Shown piece by piece: positions 18,262 to 27,771 of a stretch of 36,566 nucleotides of DNA. Source of the stretch: a virus; the IMG/VR virus record IMGVR_UViG_3300012041_000044, positions 1 to 36,566 of that record; one strand, 5' to 3'. The notes beneath the pieces were generated by a model. It had not been told where the DNA came from and made no database searches. It saw nothing but the letters and a program-made list of their open reading frames with translations. Position numbers and translations under genes: made by a program. The first letter of the stretch is position 1, and each line of letters opens with the position of its first letter.

Positions 18262-18983
18262 GGCGTAAAATACGCGATTGGAATAGACCTAGAAGCCTCG
18301 GCCCAACGCTCAGAGCCTGTGTAAATAATCGGCCACTCATCTTCTTTTACCAAGGCGAGCGCTTCTTTGATTTGGTTGTCTTTCCAGTAAGGCGCCTGAT
18401 CCCCATAGAACCAAAGCAGTGGAGCGTTTAAGATGAACTTGTGATGCTTCCGTAAGAGAAGCTCGGTATTCATTCCACCTGCCCTATACCCATTCGCATT
18501 CACAAACGATGGGGATGAGTACCTTCTGTCTATGAAGATCACACGAGGAAGCGATTCTATGACAGTCTCAATAAGCCTAGAGTATTTCGAAAACAGCGGA
18601 TCTCCCTGTCCAACATTCGCATACCACCAGACGTAACAAAGATCAGGTGGTAACGTCTTAAGGCATTCTTTCAGTTTGTCGAAGTCTATCTCTTGGGTGC
18701 CTTGGGTGAAGGGCTTAATCGAGAACTCGGTCTCTAAGATGAAAAGATCTGACCATGTTAGTCTCGAGAGTTCCCTGACAATCAGCGAGAACGCTTGCCA
18801 CTGCGTAAGATCATCAAACTGGGTAATCGTAGTACGTGTCGATAGACCACCCGTTATCCTCGTTAGGCCGCCTACTTTCTTCCTTAGTTCCTTGAACACG
18901 AAGACAGCATAATTGGTGCGTGCTGTGATAAATATGTTGGTTACTAGACCCGATGTTACCCAGGTCTTTACACCCGTAAACAT
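18258..18983 (-). CDS. Hypothetical protein, 241 aa
   Basis: Clean ORF with no motif I can assign. A perfect TATAAT (plus-strand 19014..19019) lies in the gap upstream. Confidence 0.6.
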   Translation of the reverse strand: MFTGVKTWVTSGLVTNIFITARTNYAVFVFKELRKKVGGLTRITGGLSTRTTITQFDDLTQWQAFSLIVRELSRLTWSDLFILETEFSIKPFTQGTQEIDFDKLKECLKTLPPDLCYVWWYANVGQGDPLFSKYSRLIETVIESLPRVIFIDRRYSSPSFVNANGYRAGGMNTELLLRKHHKFILNAPLLWFYGDQAPYWKDNQIKEALALVKEDEWPIIYTGSERWAEASRSIPIAYFTP

Positions 18984-19039
18984 CCGATCCCACCCAGGCG
19001 ATCCGACAATAGAATTATACTCTAGCCAAGGTACTAACT

Positions 19040-19300
19040 TCAGAGATCGCCCGTCTTTCTTATCTCACGTTCATGGTCCTCGTTCTCTAACGCGTAGATA
19101 GAGAATTTGCCTGCACGTGTTCCAAGCTTAAAGTAGATCACTTGTATCATGGCGAACGAATATCTCATGTTTGCGACTTCAAAGAATCGACTGAAGTTAA
19201 ATTCCTCAATCATGAAAGGCTCGCCTAGCGGTTTGGACATGAGAGATAATTTTGTATTTTTTATGACATTAATTTTATCAAGCATTGGCTGTGACAACAT
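19040..19300 (-). CDS. Small protein, paralogue of 19301..19582
   Basis: MLSQPMLDKINVIKNTKLSLMSKPLGEPFMIEEF aligns with MALSQPMIDKINQIKALKLSLMDTPLGEPFKIEEF in the neighbouring gene. Confidence 0.6.
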   Translation of the reverse strand: MLSQPMLDKINVIKNTKLSLMSKPLGEPFMIEEFNFSRFFEVANMRYSFAMIQVIYFKLGTRAGKFSIYALENEDHEREIRKTGDL

Positions 19301-19582
19301 TTACATATCTCCCAATTTCTGTAGTTCGTTATAGTGTGGTTCGTTTTGTGCTGCGGCCACTAAAAACTTACCCTGATGAATTGGACTTGTTGGCTTAAAC
19401 CAGGTGACCGAAACCACGGTGAACGGATAATACATATTGGCAGATTCTAGAAAGCTGATACTTGTAAACTCCTCGATCTTGAATGGCTCCCCAAGTGGAG
19501 TATCCATAAGCGAAAGCTTGAGCGCCTTTATCTGATTGATCTTATCAATCATCGGTTGTGACAAAGCCATATTCACCTCCAT
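19301..19582 (-). CDS. Small protein, paralogue of 19040..19300
   Basis: Tandem duplicate; see the alignment given for the neighbouring gene. Confidence 0.6.
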   Translation of the reverse strand: MEVNMALSQPMIDKINQIKALKLSLMDTPLGEPFKIEEFTSISFLESANMYYPFTVVSVTWFKPTSPIHQGKFLVAAAQNEPHYNELQKLGDM

Positions 19583-20440
19583 TTATAAAATTGTAGCCCC
19601 TAGTATATTAGCACCCTTTATCCAGACAGTAGCACTGTCTTCGAGTTGAAGCACAGCGATATTGCTATTCGATATCGTCGTTGTTCCTAATGCTGTAGCT
19701 CTTGCCCATTGTGTTTTCCATGTAGTAGAAACGGAACTTAACGTTTTCCTTGAAACTGTGAATACTGGATTTTGGACTACTGAGTTTAAGACTGCTGGCT
19801 CATTTTGAGCCTCTAATATTGTCGTTGCATCCTGTAGTACTCTCGCCTTGGTACTGTTTGTCGCTGTGTTGTTTGTAATATGAGAATTAGAGATAATTAC
19901 ATGATTAAATGCTGCTGGAATATCAGTGAGTGTTACCTTATCTTGAAAAAGTCCAGTGGCGTTCGTAGATGTCCCTAACGATTCTGAATAGTAAATCCTG
20001 CGAAATAAATCTGTCCGCATAGCTATAATTGTTGGGATTCTTATTACTGAGCTTCCAGACGTGATTGATCGAAACATGATATCCCAACTTTGCGCACCCG
20101 TTAGCGATGCCTTCGCAATTATCCCCCATGGAAGAAGCTCGCCATCGGGTGCTCCATCGTCTACCTCTGCAGTAGTAACTCGATGCTGAGCAAGCCCATA
20201 GTCAGTGGTCCCATCCGTGAGTTTTGTTTCAGTGTTTGTTCCAGTTTCATCTTTCGTCACAGAACAAGAAGCAAGTATCAGATATTCGGCTGTTCCATCT
20301 ACAGTGAACGATAGATTCACAGCAGATGTGAACGTAGAACTCGACGTTGCCGTCGGCTCGCCGAGTGCAGAGAAGTCTTGTGGAGTTTTTTTAACCGCAA
20401 ATATGGCCATCTGTCTTATAGTCGCTGTTCCACTCGCCAT
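19583..20440 (-). CDS. Beta-rich two-domain protein (receptor-binding or fibre-accessory candidate)
   Basis: 285 aa, Thr/Ser-rich. Two internal segments (TAEYLILASCSVTKDETGTNTETKLTDGTT and AAFNHVIISNSHITNNTATNSTKARVLQDAT) resemble each other and also the 118-aa neighbour. Confidence 0.5.
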   Translation of the reverse strand: MASGTATIRQMAIFAVKKTPQDFSALGEPTATSSSTFTSAVNLSFTVDGTAEYLILASCSVTKDETGTNTETKLTDGTTDYGLAQHRVTTAEVDDGAPDGELLPWGIIAKASLTGAQSWDIMFRSITSGSSVIRIPTIIAMRTDLFRRIYYSESLGTSTNATGLFQDKVTLTDIPAAFNHVIISNSHITNNTATNSTKARVLQDATTILEAQNEPAVLNSVVQNPVFTVSRKTLSSVSTTWKTQWARATALGTTTISNSNIAVLQLEDSATVWIKGANILGATIL

Positions 20441-20797
20441 TTATGGTTCCCAACTTCCGAAATACATCGAAATTGCAAAGTCTTTTGGGTCCGCTGGAAT
20501 ATCATTATCTGTGGTTGAGATTGTTTGAATGAACGGCATTCCAAAATAATCAGCAGTATCTTTCGAATGCACTTGATAATTATAAGTGTTACCAACCGAT
20601 GATTGATCGTTAATCATAAAACACCGGCCAGTATTACTACCAGTTCCAGGAGCATTATTCAGTGCCGTACAGCCAATTACGAAATACTCATCCCCAAGTG
20701 CTGCGGCTGTAAATGTGAGTGTTAGCTGTTGGATTAGTTCACTGGTAGTAGAGGCCCCAGCCACATCTTCTGCAAAAAAGCTTTCTCTCGTGGTCAT
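20441..20797 (-). CDS. Beta-rich single-domain protein related to 19583..20440
   Basis: GDEYFVIGCTALNNAPGTGSNTGRCFMINDQSS resembles the repeated segment of the 285-aa protein. Confidence 0.5.
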   Translation of the reverse strand: MTTRESFFAEDVAGASTTSELIQQLTLTFTAAALGDEYFVIGCTALNNAPGTGSNTGRCFMINDQSSVGNTYNYQVHSKDTADYFGMPFIQTISTTDNDIPADPKDFAISMYFGSWEP

Positions 20798-21102
20798 GGG
20801 AGTGAGTCCAAATGATCTTTCATTGTCTGCAAGACTGTGTGGTCACCACTTAACACCGCATTCATAATGATGAGTATCTGGCGTCTAATATTATAAGTCC
20901 GCTCGAATCGTGTATGCCTAGAATCTAGCGCTTGCTCGGCAAGAATCTCTGTCTCAACTTCTATCCACCATGCATTAAGTTCGGCTAGCGGAGGTACTAG
21001 GCCATTGAATACGACTAATGTATTATATCGATTTCCCTGAATTCTCCATTCGAGGGATTCGTATCTCCTAGAAAGAATCTGGACATAATTTGGTTCGCTC
21101 AC
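20794..21102 (-). CDS. Hypothetical protein (fibre chaperone/assembly candidate)
   Basis: 102-aa ORF overlapping both neighbours by 4 nt, directly after a fibre-like gene. Confidence 0.45.
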   Translation of the reverse strand: MSEPNYVQILSRRYESLEWRIQGNRYNTLVVFNGLVPPLAELNAWWIEVETEILAEQALDSRHTRFERTYNIRRQILIIMNAVLSGDHTVLQTMKDHLDSLP

Positions 21103-22421
21103 GCTTCAACCCTCATTGTGAAATTAGTACACGTAATAGTATCGGCGGCATCGGCACCCGCGCCCCAAGTGGCAGTTAGATCCATGGCCTCAGACGTGGT
21201 ACCAATTGTCACCGTTGCAGTAGATGACATCTCCCAAATGGTTGGACTTCCCGCAGCAGTCGCAGTTGCCATGTGCTCGAACCATCCTTGAGAAAACACT
21301 GTGGTGGTTGTACGCCCTGTCAGAGTTGCATGGATGTGCCATTCTCTATTCGCCATTGAGCCTGCTGTGGTTGTTGCCGCCGTTTGACAGAGTACCGTTG
21401 CGCCCTTCTTAATCTTGAGCTGCAAAGTAATTGGAACAACTTCAGTCGAGTACACACCCCATGCCTCAATAACTAGAGTCTTGCCTGCAAAGAAGAAGCT
21501 TGCAGGGAGTGTGAGCGTTCCGACGCCAGATCCAATTATTGTAGTCTCGCTAGTAGTGTTGGTTACTGTTGCAGAAGCAGTAGAAACATAGAGTACGCCT
21601 GGCTGATAAGTCTTAATCCCAGTATTGATAAATTGAACAACTGTCTTCTGGGTTGAGTCATACCATCCATCGCCGTCAGTTGGAGATGTTGGGGCTGCAC
21701 CACTGCCCATTCGATACATTGGCTGGCCAGTATCTGATGCACCAAAGTGACAAATCCCACCAAGCCTTAGATCGTTGAAAAGATTCGACGCTTGGCCCAA
21801 GTCTATTTTACGAGTTGTCTGGGCGTACATCTTTCTAAGGGTCGAGTCCCCTAGGATTATGTCCCCAACCTTTCCTATCTCTGTGAGTGAGTTCCCCTCT
21901 ACGGTTAAAGTGTCCGCAGCACGTGAATAGATTCTATTTGTAGGTGCTCTAAACCGGGCCTCTCCTGCTGAAGCAAATGTCATATTTCCTGAGTTTGAAA
22001 AATTAAGTAGATCAGTAGTTGCTGAGTTTTCTATTACCAAAATATCAGCAGTTTGTGTTCCGTTACCTTGGATGATGAATTGAATCTGATCTGTGTCGCC
22101 ATCGATTGTTACTTTAGCGCTAGATAGTGCCGCTGTGTTTCCAATTACGACTTCATCAGTCGTGGTAACGAGTCTGACCACAGTTCCATCATCTTGCCAT
22201 CCAGAGGCTGAAGAAAGTGATGTGTTTGCAATTGTGACAGTGTCAGTCGCTGAGTCTCCAGTAACGGTGATCCCGGTTCCTGCAGTTACGGTTAAGGTAT
22301 CGGTGGGAGAATCTGCTACGAGTGAGGTGCCAGACGTGGTCGAAATAGTGGTAAACGAGTTTTGTGCGAATACAGTAGGTGGGAACTGTACAACTTGTTC
22401 ATTTTGGCAGTCGCATGACAT
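21099..22421 (-). CDS. Second fibre-like structural protein
   Basis: 440 aa. It contains TTISTTSGTSLVADSPTDTLTVTAGTGITVTGDSATDTVTIANTS-type repeats and a C-terminal beta-sandwich-like domain. Confidence 0.6.
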   Translation of the reverse strand: MSCDCQNEQVVQFPPTVFAQNSFTTISTTSGTSLVADSPTDTLTVTAGTGITVTGDSATDTVTIANTSLSSASGWQDDGTVVRLVTTTDEVVIGNTAALSSAKVTIDGDTDQIQFIIQGNGTQTADILVIENSATTDLLNFSNSGNMTFASAGEARFRAPTNRIYSRAADTLTVEGNSLTEIGKVGDIILGDSTLRKMYAQTTRKIDLGQASNLFNDLRLGGICHFGASDTGQPMYRMGSGAAPTSPTDGDGWYDSTQKTVVQFINTGIKTYQPGVLYVSTASATVTNTTSETTIIGSGVGTLTLPASFFFAGKTLVIEAWGVYSTEVVPITLQLKIKKGATVLCQTAATTTAGSMANREWHIHATLTGRTTTTVFSQGWFEHMATATAAGSPTIWEMSSTATVTIGTTSEAMDLTATWGAGADAADTITCTNFTMRVEA

Positions 22422-22768
22422 TAACCACTGGTCTCCTCTTCACCGAAACCAGTGATATTGAGTGCATTCGCAGTGCCTGAACGGAAGAGCAATCTGCCCG
22501 TTTTATTGCTCATAAGCCAACATGTGGCCCACGAGTGAGTTGAATTCGCGGGGAGGGCCACGTCATAAGCGAGAGCATTTGATGTGGTCGCAGAGGTCCC
22601 GTTGTCATTGATGTGAATCCTATAGGTCGCAGCAGACGCGGTTACATTGCAGACTTCGACTCTTAAGATTTTGGTAAATATGAAGTTAGATTGCGCCGGG
22701 ATATAAACAATCATCGCATCAGTCGACGACGGGATATTCTGAAATAACTGCCCCCTAAATACTGGCAT
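22421..22768 (-). CDS. Small beta-rich protein downstream of the portal
   Basis: 115-aa ORF whose start overlaps the portal stop. Confidence 0.55.
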   Translation of the reverse strand: MPVFRGQLFQNIPSSTDAMIVYIPAQSNFIFTKILRVEVCNVTASAATYRIHINDNGTSATTSNALAYDVALPANSTHSWATCWLMSNKTGRLLFRSGTANALNITGFGEEETSG

Positions 22769-24627
22769 TACTTCGCTGCCTTTGCGGCTTCCGCTTGCAT
22801 GCCTTGTTCTTTGGCTTGGGCTGCTTGAGCTTGCATGCGCTTGATGACTTCTTGGTAGGCTGGCCAGTCAACGTTTTTGAGAAGTTCTTCTTGGTCAATT
22901 GCTCCTCTATCGAAGTATTGGAAGGCCGTTTGACTCTTTTGAACTTTCGCGAATGGTAAAGCAGACCCAGAGGTGACACGGACATCGGGAACCCCCTTTA
23001 TTACCACATCATGTGACTCTTCTATATCTAGCGCACCCGAACCATCGGTACGTAGGTATCGAATCTTCGCAACTTTCTGCCCGTTTTCATAAGTCGGGAT
23101 ATACAATTCTATTGCCTGAGGATATCCATCTGCATTAGTTAGACGAAACACCCTAGGCTCGGTGTAACACTGAAGGATCTTTCGCAATACCAGATCTCCA
23201 ATATCGTGCAGGAACTTTTCTAAGAAGCGGTTCTTATAACGAGGGCGAGTTTGTGACGCCTCAACGTATCCTTCGAATAGAACAGCTGATGTTGCGCCTG
23301 GCTGATTTGCGCCGCGAGATGCGTCCTGAAGACCTTGAATCCTGTCCGCTATACCAAAGCCTTGATTTAGGATCTCGAATGATTGTGGAGCAATGGCTAG
23401 ACCGGGCTCTTGCCGATACCCGTTCATGTCTTGAGTCTCTACGACAAGCCCGGGCTCATTTGTTAAGGTCTCAACATCAATCCCGCTCTGAGAAGAAACA
23501 ATGATCCTTGGATTCGCGTTCATTCTGAAACAATCAAGAATATAGCTCCATGTATAATTAACGATCTTGTTTGGACCCTTCATGTGGGTTACTTCGTTTT
23601 CCCCTGCGTACTCTCTTGGGTATCCGTAGTTTACGAGCTTAGCGATTGGGAATAGGTCGTGGTCATAGGGAATCCACTCGCCCTTCTTCTTATATCCTGG
23701 TGGTCCGTCTCTAAGGATTACTGCGTTTGCTATTTCGATATATCGGCCGGTTGGGTATTTCTTCTTTAGGACGTATTCTTTTTTCCCAAACTCATCTTCA
23801 TTTACTAGTTCTTCGAGTGTATCGTCTCTAAGCCAGCAGCAAATCTTGAGGGTGAGGGGTTCTCCCCCTTCGTCATTGGGAGCAGAATCACCGGATGATG
23901 GGAGGCGAGAGGGAGAATAAGGGTCATAATTGAGAGCTGAGCGGTGGAAGACAGTTTGATCACTCCGCATCCGCATGTTCGCAATATCTTCCTTAATCTT
24001 CTCCTTCTGCTCTGGGTATTCATGTCGTAGCTCTGCCGTGGGAACAGGTTCTGCATATATGAAGTACCTGCACTTTCTTGTACCATAGTTAATGTCAGAT
24101 GCTCTTGGGTCCCAATAGCAATAAAATGGGTCAAGTACCTTAATGCATATGTCACCTAAGCCTTGTTCCAGATCTTCATCCCATCCTACTTGGGCGTGAG
24201 CTACGTGATAGATCTTCCCATCGATTAGTTCGTCTGAAACCATTTGGTTCCACGAGTACTTATCCCATAGATTTGCAACTACTTCTTTTAAGACTTTGGT
24301 GAAGGCGTCGTCAGAGAACTCTTGGCTTGTGAACTCGAACTTAGGACGCGCATCCGTTTGAATCGCGACCTCAGTCATGATGGATGCCCACGTGATGTTA
24401 ACAACCTCGTTAAATCGCCACCTGGGGCGTTCGACTGGCCATTGTTTACCGCCGATTACAAACTCGTAATTATAACGCCAGTCGGTATCAAACTGTCGTC
24501 GGTGGCGTTTAGCTCTCGTCATGAGCTCGTTAACCATCTTGATCACGTCTTTATCGGCTTCGGGTTGGTTGGGGTTTACCCCTTCGAAGGAAGAAACAAC
24601 TGCCTCGTGCTCGCTGATAATGGCCAA
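22768..24627 (-). CDS. Portal protein
   Basis: 619 aa following the terminase genes. The N-terminal RAKRHRRQFDTDWRYNYEFVIGGKQW...FNEVVNITWASIMTEVA pattern is typical of portals, and the tail is Ala/Gln/Lys-rich. Confidence 0.8.
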   Translation of the reverse strand: MAIISEHEAVVSSFEGVNPNQPEADKDVIKMVNELMTRAKRHRRQFDTDWRYNYEFVIGGKQWPVERPRWRFNEVVNITWASIMTEVAIQTDARPKFEFTSQEFSDDAFTKVLKEVVANLWDKYSWNQMVSDELIDGKIYHVAHAQVGWDEDLEQGLGDICIKVLDPFYCYWDPRASDINYGTRKCRYFIYAEPVPTAELRHEYPEQKEKIKEDIANMRMRSDQTVFHRSALNYDPYSPSRLPSSGDSAPNDEGGEPLTLKICCWLRDDTLEELVNEDEFGKKEYVLKKKYPTGRYIEIANAVILRDGPPGYKKKGEWIPYDHDLFPIAKLVNYGYPREYAGENEVTHMKGPNKIVNYTWSYILDCFRMNANPRIIVSSQSGIDVETLTNEPGLVVETQDMNGYRQEPGLAIAPQSFEILNQGFGIADRIQGLQDASRGANQPGATSAVLFEGYVEASQTRPRYKNRFLEKFLHDIGDLVLRKILQCYTEPRVFRLTNADGYPQAIELYIPTYENGQKVAKIRYLRTDGSGALDIEESHDVVIKGVPDVRVTSGSALPFAKVQKSQTAFQYFDRGAIDQEELLKNVDWPAYQEVIKRMQAQAAQAKEQGMQAEAAKAAK

Positions 24628-24644
24628 ATGAGTTCCCCTCTTGA

Positions 24645-24956
24645 TTAAAGCGTGTATGGTTTACGTTGTCGCTTGACCGATTGCATCTTATCGCTACCGA
24701 CCGATTCGATCTTCATTCCGTACGTATCATTAGTTTTTCTAATAGTATCTTTTAGGTGATGATCGCTCTTAATCACCTTACCGAAGGCGTGAGAGTAATG
24801 GGCGTCACAGCCTTTGATTGCGAAGAGGGGTGGGCAGAACTGCATATCCATAGGTTGTTCGCATTCTCCGCAGAACTCTTTTTCGTCGGCACGTTTCATT
24901 GGCTTCATTACTTCTCGTTCTTGTCTGCAGTGAGTGCACCGATAGAGGTAGATCAT
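24645..24956 (-). CDS. Zinc-ribbon (FmdB-like CxxC...CxxC) protein
   Basis: The ATG at 24956 overlaps the TerL stop (ATGA). The product starts MIYLYRCTHCRQEREV...EFCGECEQPM. Confidence 0.6.
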   Translation of the reverse strand: MIYLYRCTHCRQEREVMKPMKRADEKEFCGECEQPMDMQFCPPLFAIKGCDAHYSHAFGKVIKSDHHLKDTIRKTNDTYGMKIESVGSDKMQSVKRQRKPYTL

Positions 24957-26272
24957 AGAGAATCCCAAGTCCTTCCTGATTTTACCCTTTTGCGAGGGTC
25001 AAATGTATCAATTTTTAGTGCTGATATACGAGTGCTTTTTACCCTCACCTCTTTATCCCATAGGTGCATCGTTCCAACTGTGAGGTATCGATCGCAGTCC
25101 ATCAAGTGATCGTTAAGTGGAACGGGCTTCTCGGTCTTATATGATCCCTCGTCTGTCTCATCATAGTGGTAGGTCTCATACTCATCTAGCGTGTGCGGGA
25201 GTTGAGAGGCGAAGAGCATGAAGCGGTTCGACTTGATGAGCTGAACGTGCTTGAGGATGCCGGCCTCTACTCCTTTAAACGATTCTCTTCCGACTTGGAA
25301 GCCAGAGGCTTGAAGACCCGACTTGTTAAAGGCTTCGATCATGTCAGGACGAGCTGGATCGCAATAGAAATGCTCTATGTTGTATGTGGCCTTCTTGCTT
25401 CGTGCGATCTGCACTTGTCCGTTTGGATCGAGGCCTGCTTGTTTGAACTCAGAGACATCGTAGACATAGCCACTGGGAGTGAAGGCGCGGACCTTGAGGC
25501 CGAACTCATGGCCTTCGACGAAGCCGAAGTCTATGCCTGCGAAGTATCTTGTTCCAGGCTCTAGGGTTTTAGGCTTGATAAGAATCTCTGAAGGAAGTTC
25601 ATAAACAAGGCCTGCCATCCTTTCGTGTTTTCCCATGAATTTGCGGCGGAACGTCCTAGCATCAAGAAGCTGCCTTTGGCGTTCGAACTCTTCTTTTGGG
25701 AACGAAGGGTTTTCATCAGACGAAAATTCAACATAACAGATATCCTCCCTCTCCTTGTTCTGAAATGGCTTGATCACCTCATGGAACAGCCAGTTTAAGG
25801 CATATGGGGTAGATGTGTAGATGGTCTTCCCCCCGAGTCTTGCAACTCTAGCCTGACAGTTTACTTTAAAAAGTCTAGAGCATTTGCCTGCTTCATCGAT
25901 CCAAGAGTGGGCACAGTCTGGGATACCTTCGACCTGGTCTGGATCGGTTGCCGTACGAAAGTAGACGAAGCCACCGTCACGCAAGATGAACTTCGAATCC
26001 TTGGCATTATAGTAGCCATAGGCTTTGGTGAAAATTTTCTTAAAAGTTGGAAGGAGTGATTGTTCTAGGATCTTGTAGGTGGGTGCGCCTACGAGGAAGT
26101 TGGCATTCGGGTATTTATTAAGGGTAATGAGTCTAAGAAGTGCGATTGACCCCCAAGAAGTTTTTCCACCTTGTATGCCACTGACAAGCGCGATCTCTCG
26201 AATGCGATCATTTGTGAGTGCTTGGTAGGCTTCGTTTTGGAACTTGTGGAGTTTGAATCGTTTGTCTTCCAT
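24953..26272 (-). CDS. terL: Terminase large subunit
   Basis: 439 aa with a Walker A-like VSGIQGGKTSWG, then WIDEAG (Walker B-like) and a C-terminal nuclease-like FYCDPARPDMIEAF. It lies between TerS and the portal. Confidence 0.85.
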   Translation of the reverse strand: MEDKRFKLHKFQNEAYQALTNDRIREIALVSGIQGGKTSWGSIALLRLITLNKYPNANFLVGAPTYKILEQSLLPTFKKIFTKAYGYYNAKDSKFILRDGGFVYFRTATDPDQVEGIPDCAHSWIDEAGKCSRLFKVNCQARVARLGGKTIYTSTPYALNWLFHEVIKPFQNKEREDICYVEFSSDENPSFPKEEFERQRQLLDARTFRRKFMGKHERMAGLVYELPSEILIKPKTLEPGTRYFAGIDFGFVEGHEFGLKVRAFTPSGYVYDVSEFKQAGLDPNGQVQIARSKKATYNIEHFYCDPARPDMIEAFNKSGLQASGFQVGRESFKGVEAGILKHVQLIKSNRFMLFASQLPHTLDEYETYHYDETDEGSYKTEKPVPLNDHLMDCDRYLTVGTMHLWDKEVRVKSTRISALKIDTFDPRKRVKSGRTWDSL

Positions 26273-26273
26273 C

Positions 26274-26651
26274 TCATTGTTTGAACTTATCCTCGCCTTT
26301 GGCGTGTTCTACAATAAGAGAGTGAGTAGAGTGCTGCTCGATGTCTATCTGGTCTCGCCATCCGAAGCGATTCTTCATGTTGAAGATCCAGAGGGTTGTG
26401 TTAAGTGATGAGCCGTCTGGATCTTTCCTCAATCCTTCGATGCCAACCTTCTCCCAAAACAGCCTGCTATGAGTGAATGCGAGCTTTTTGGCCTCTTGAA
26501 ACTCTGGATGAACCTTAAGCCATTCGTAGAGGTTCCCATCTGCAATATCGATAACGGCTCCGAATGACTCAAAGCTATATCCTTTGCGCATGTGTTCAAT
26601 TAACATGTCGCAATATTCAGGTTTATATTTTGTGGGTCTCCCTCCTGGCAT
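26274..26651 (-). CDS. terS: Terminase small subunit
   Basis: MPGGRPTKYKPEYCDMLIEHMRKGYSFESFGAVIDIADGNLYEWLKVHPEFQEA is the common TerS HTH N-terminus (GRPtkY.pe). Confidence 0.75.
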   Translation of the reverse strand: MPGGRPTKYKPEYCDMLIEHMRKGYSFESFGAVIDIADGNLYEWLKVHPEFQEAKKLAFTHSRLFWEKVGIEGLRKDPDGSSLNTTLWIFNMKNRFGWRDQIDIEQHSTHSLIVEHAKGEDKFKQ

Positions 26652-26663
26652 ACGTTTATTCTA

Positions 26664-26975
26664 TCATGATCTTTTAGGTTGTTCGTCTGCTAGTTCTTGC
26701 TTATAGGTTCGTGCATCAATGTTGCGGATAACACGAGCAGTCCGATCTTCGAGAGTTATATTACTTTGGAGCCCTTTTACTGGGATCTTGCCCAATCTAT
26801 CGACTGTAAACTCAAGTGTTTGCGTGAGCTTGTCTATCGACAGTTGATGTGACAGCAAGGAGGACTCCATCTTTTTTTGTTTCACGTGGAACCGACACAC
26901 TACGACAAATAGTGAGATTATGCTAAACCATAGTAAACTTGCTATAACTTGAGTGGTTATCACTCTAATCTCCAT
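26664..26975 (-). CDS. Membrane-anchored helical protein
   Basis: 103 aa with an N-terminal TM (ASLLWFSIISLFVVVC) followed by a helical region. The architecture resembles 31572..31883. Confidence 0.5.
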   Translation of the reverse strand: MEIRVITTQVIASLLWFSIISLFVVVCRFHVKQKKMESSLLSHQLSIDKLTQTLEFTVDRLGKIPVKGLQSNITLEDRTARVIRNIDARTYKQELADEQPKRS

Positions 26976-27526
26976 CCTTGACTCAAGTAACTATCTCTCA
27001 GCATTTCGATGAAGTGGCAGTCTACGTATTTACCGAACTTGAAGTATCGTTCTCTTAAGGTTCCGCAGCGTTTCATTCCTATGCGTGTGAACAGGTCGAT
27101 GGCGGGATTCAAGTCGAACGTTTCGCCCCAGATAGAGTGTAGGTTTAGTTGATCGAATCCGTAACGGAAGAGTTCTTTTAGTGCGAGCTCTCCCCATCCT
27201 TGTCGGTGGTATTTGGGTGCGATAAGTAGAGAGAATTCGGCGTGTCTATGTTGATGGTGAATTGAGGTAAGTCCGCATGTTCCGACGATCTCGCCGATGC
27301 TTGGGCCTTGGCCTTCTCTTAGTTTTGTTGACAGTACTTTCACGCCGAACATTCTAACGGTCGAGTCTTGGGTTACGCGTTCGAACCAATTGTGCATATC
27401 GAACTCATTGATGATTCCGTTTTGTCGCGTCCATCGGTTAATACGTGAGTCGTTACGCCAGGCGAGTTGATCTCCTGCAATCTCGTGAGTCAGTTCAATC
27501 TTGTTTATTTTTGGGGATAGGTCCAT
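26960..27526 (-). CDS. GNAT N-acetyltransferase, PseH/RimL-like
   Basis: Contains AWRNDSRINRW...MHNWFERV (the WRN...H..W pattern of PseH-like enzymes) and the acetyl-CoA motif RQGWGE in KYHRQGWGELALKELFRYGF. Confidence 0.7.
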   Translation of the reverse strand: MDLSPKINKIELTHEIAGDQLAWRNDSRINRWTRQNGIINEFDMHNWFERVTQDSTVRMFGVKVLSTKLREGQGPSIGEIVGTCGLTSIHHQHRHAEFSLLIAPKYHRQGWGELALKELFRYGFDQLNLHSIWGETFDLNPAIDLFTRIGMKRCGTLRERYFKFGKYVDCHFIEMLRDSYLSQGWRLE

Positions 27527-27771
27527 GTTTTCTTGATATAGACGATCTTTCTATATTCTATGTTTTGGTATCCGGTTTCCGAGTGTTTTTTAGAGACAAA
27601 TCTATGGGTTAAAGGGAGTTCATCTCTTAGTTGTTCGAATTCACTTGGGGATAACCATACCGCTTTTGGGCGTTCGTTCCAATGAATTGCGACAATTGCT
27701 GCAGCGAATTGACCAAATCCATCTTCTTCTAGCGATCTGGCCTTTTCGTTCATCTGGTCAGTGACGGTCAT
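27505..27771 (-). CDS. Hypothetical protein inside the sugar cassette
   Basis: 88-aa ORF overlapping both neighbours. Confidence 0.5.
   Translation of the reverse strand: MTVTDQMNEKARSLEEDGFGQFAAAIVAIHWNERPKAVWLSPSEFEQLRDELPLTHRFVSKKHSETGYQNIEYRKIVYIKKTWTYPQK

Noticed and set aside
4055-25564. Many 60-146-aa ORFs opposite to, or out of frame with, the long minus-strand genes (for example 4412..4681, 5723..6031, 12104..12532, 14645..15085, 20205..20528, 22093..22455, 24322..24648, 24756..25109, 25193..25564)
   Set aside because: They are fully embedded in larger ORFs that have recognisable protein motifs, and their products are low-complexity or Arg/Ser/Leu-rich, as expected for shadow frames. 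I do not report them as genes.
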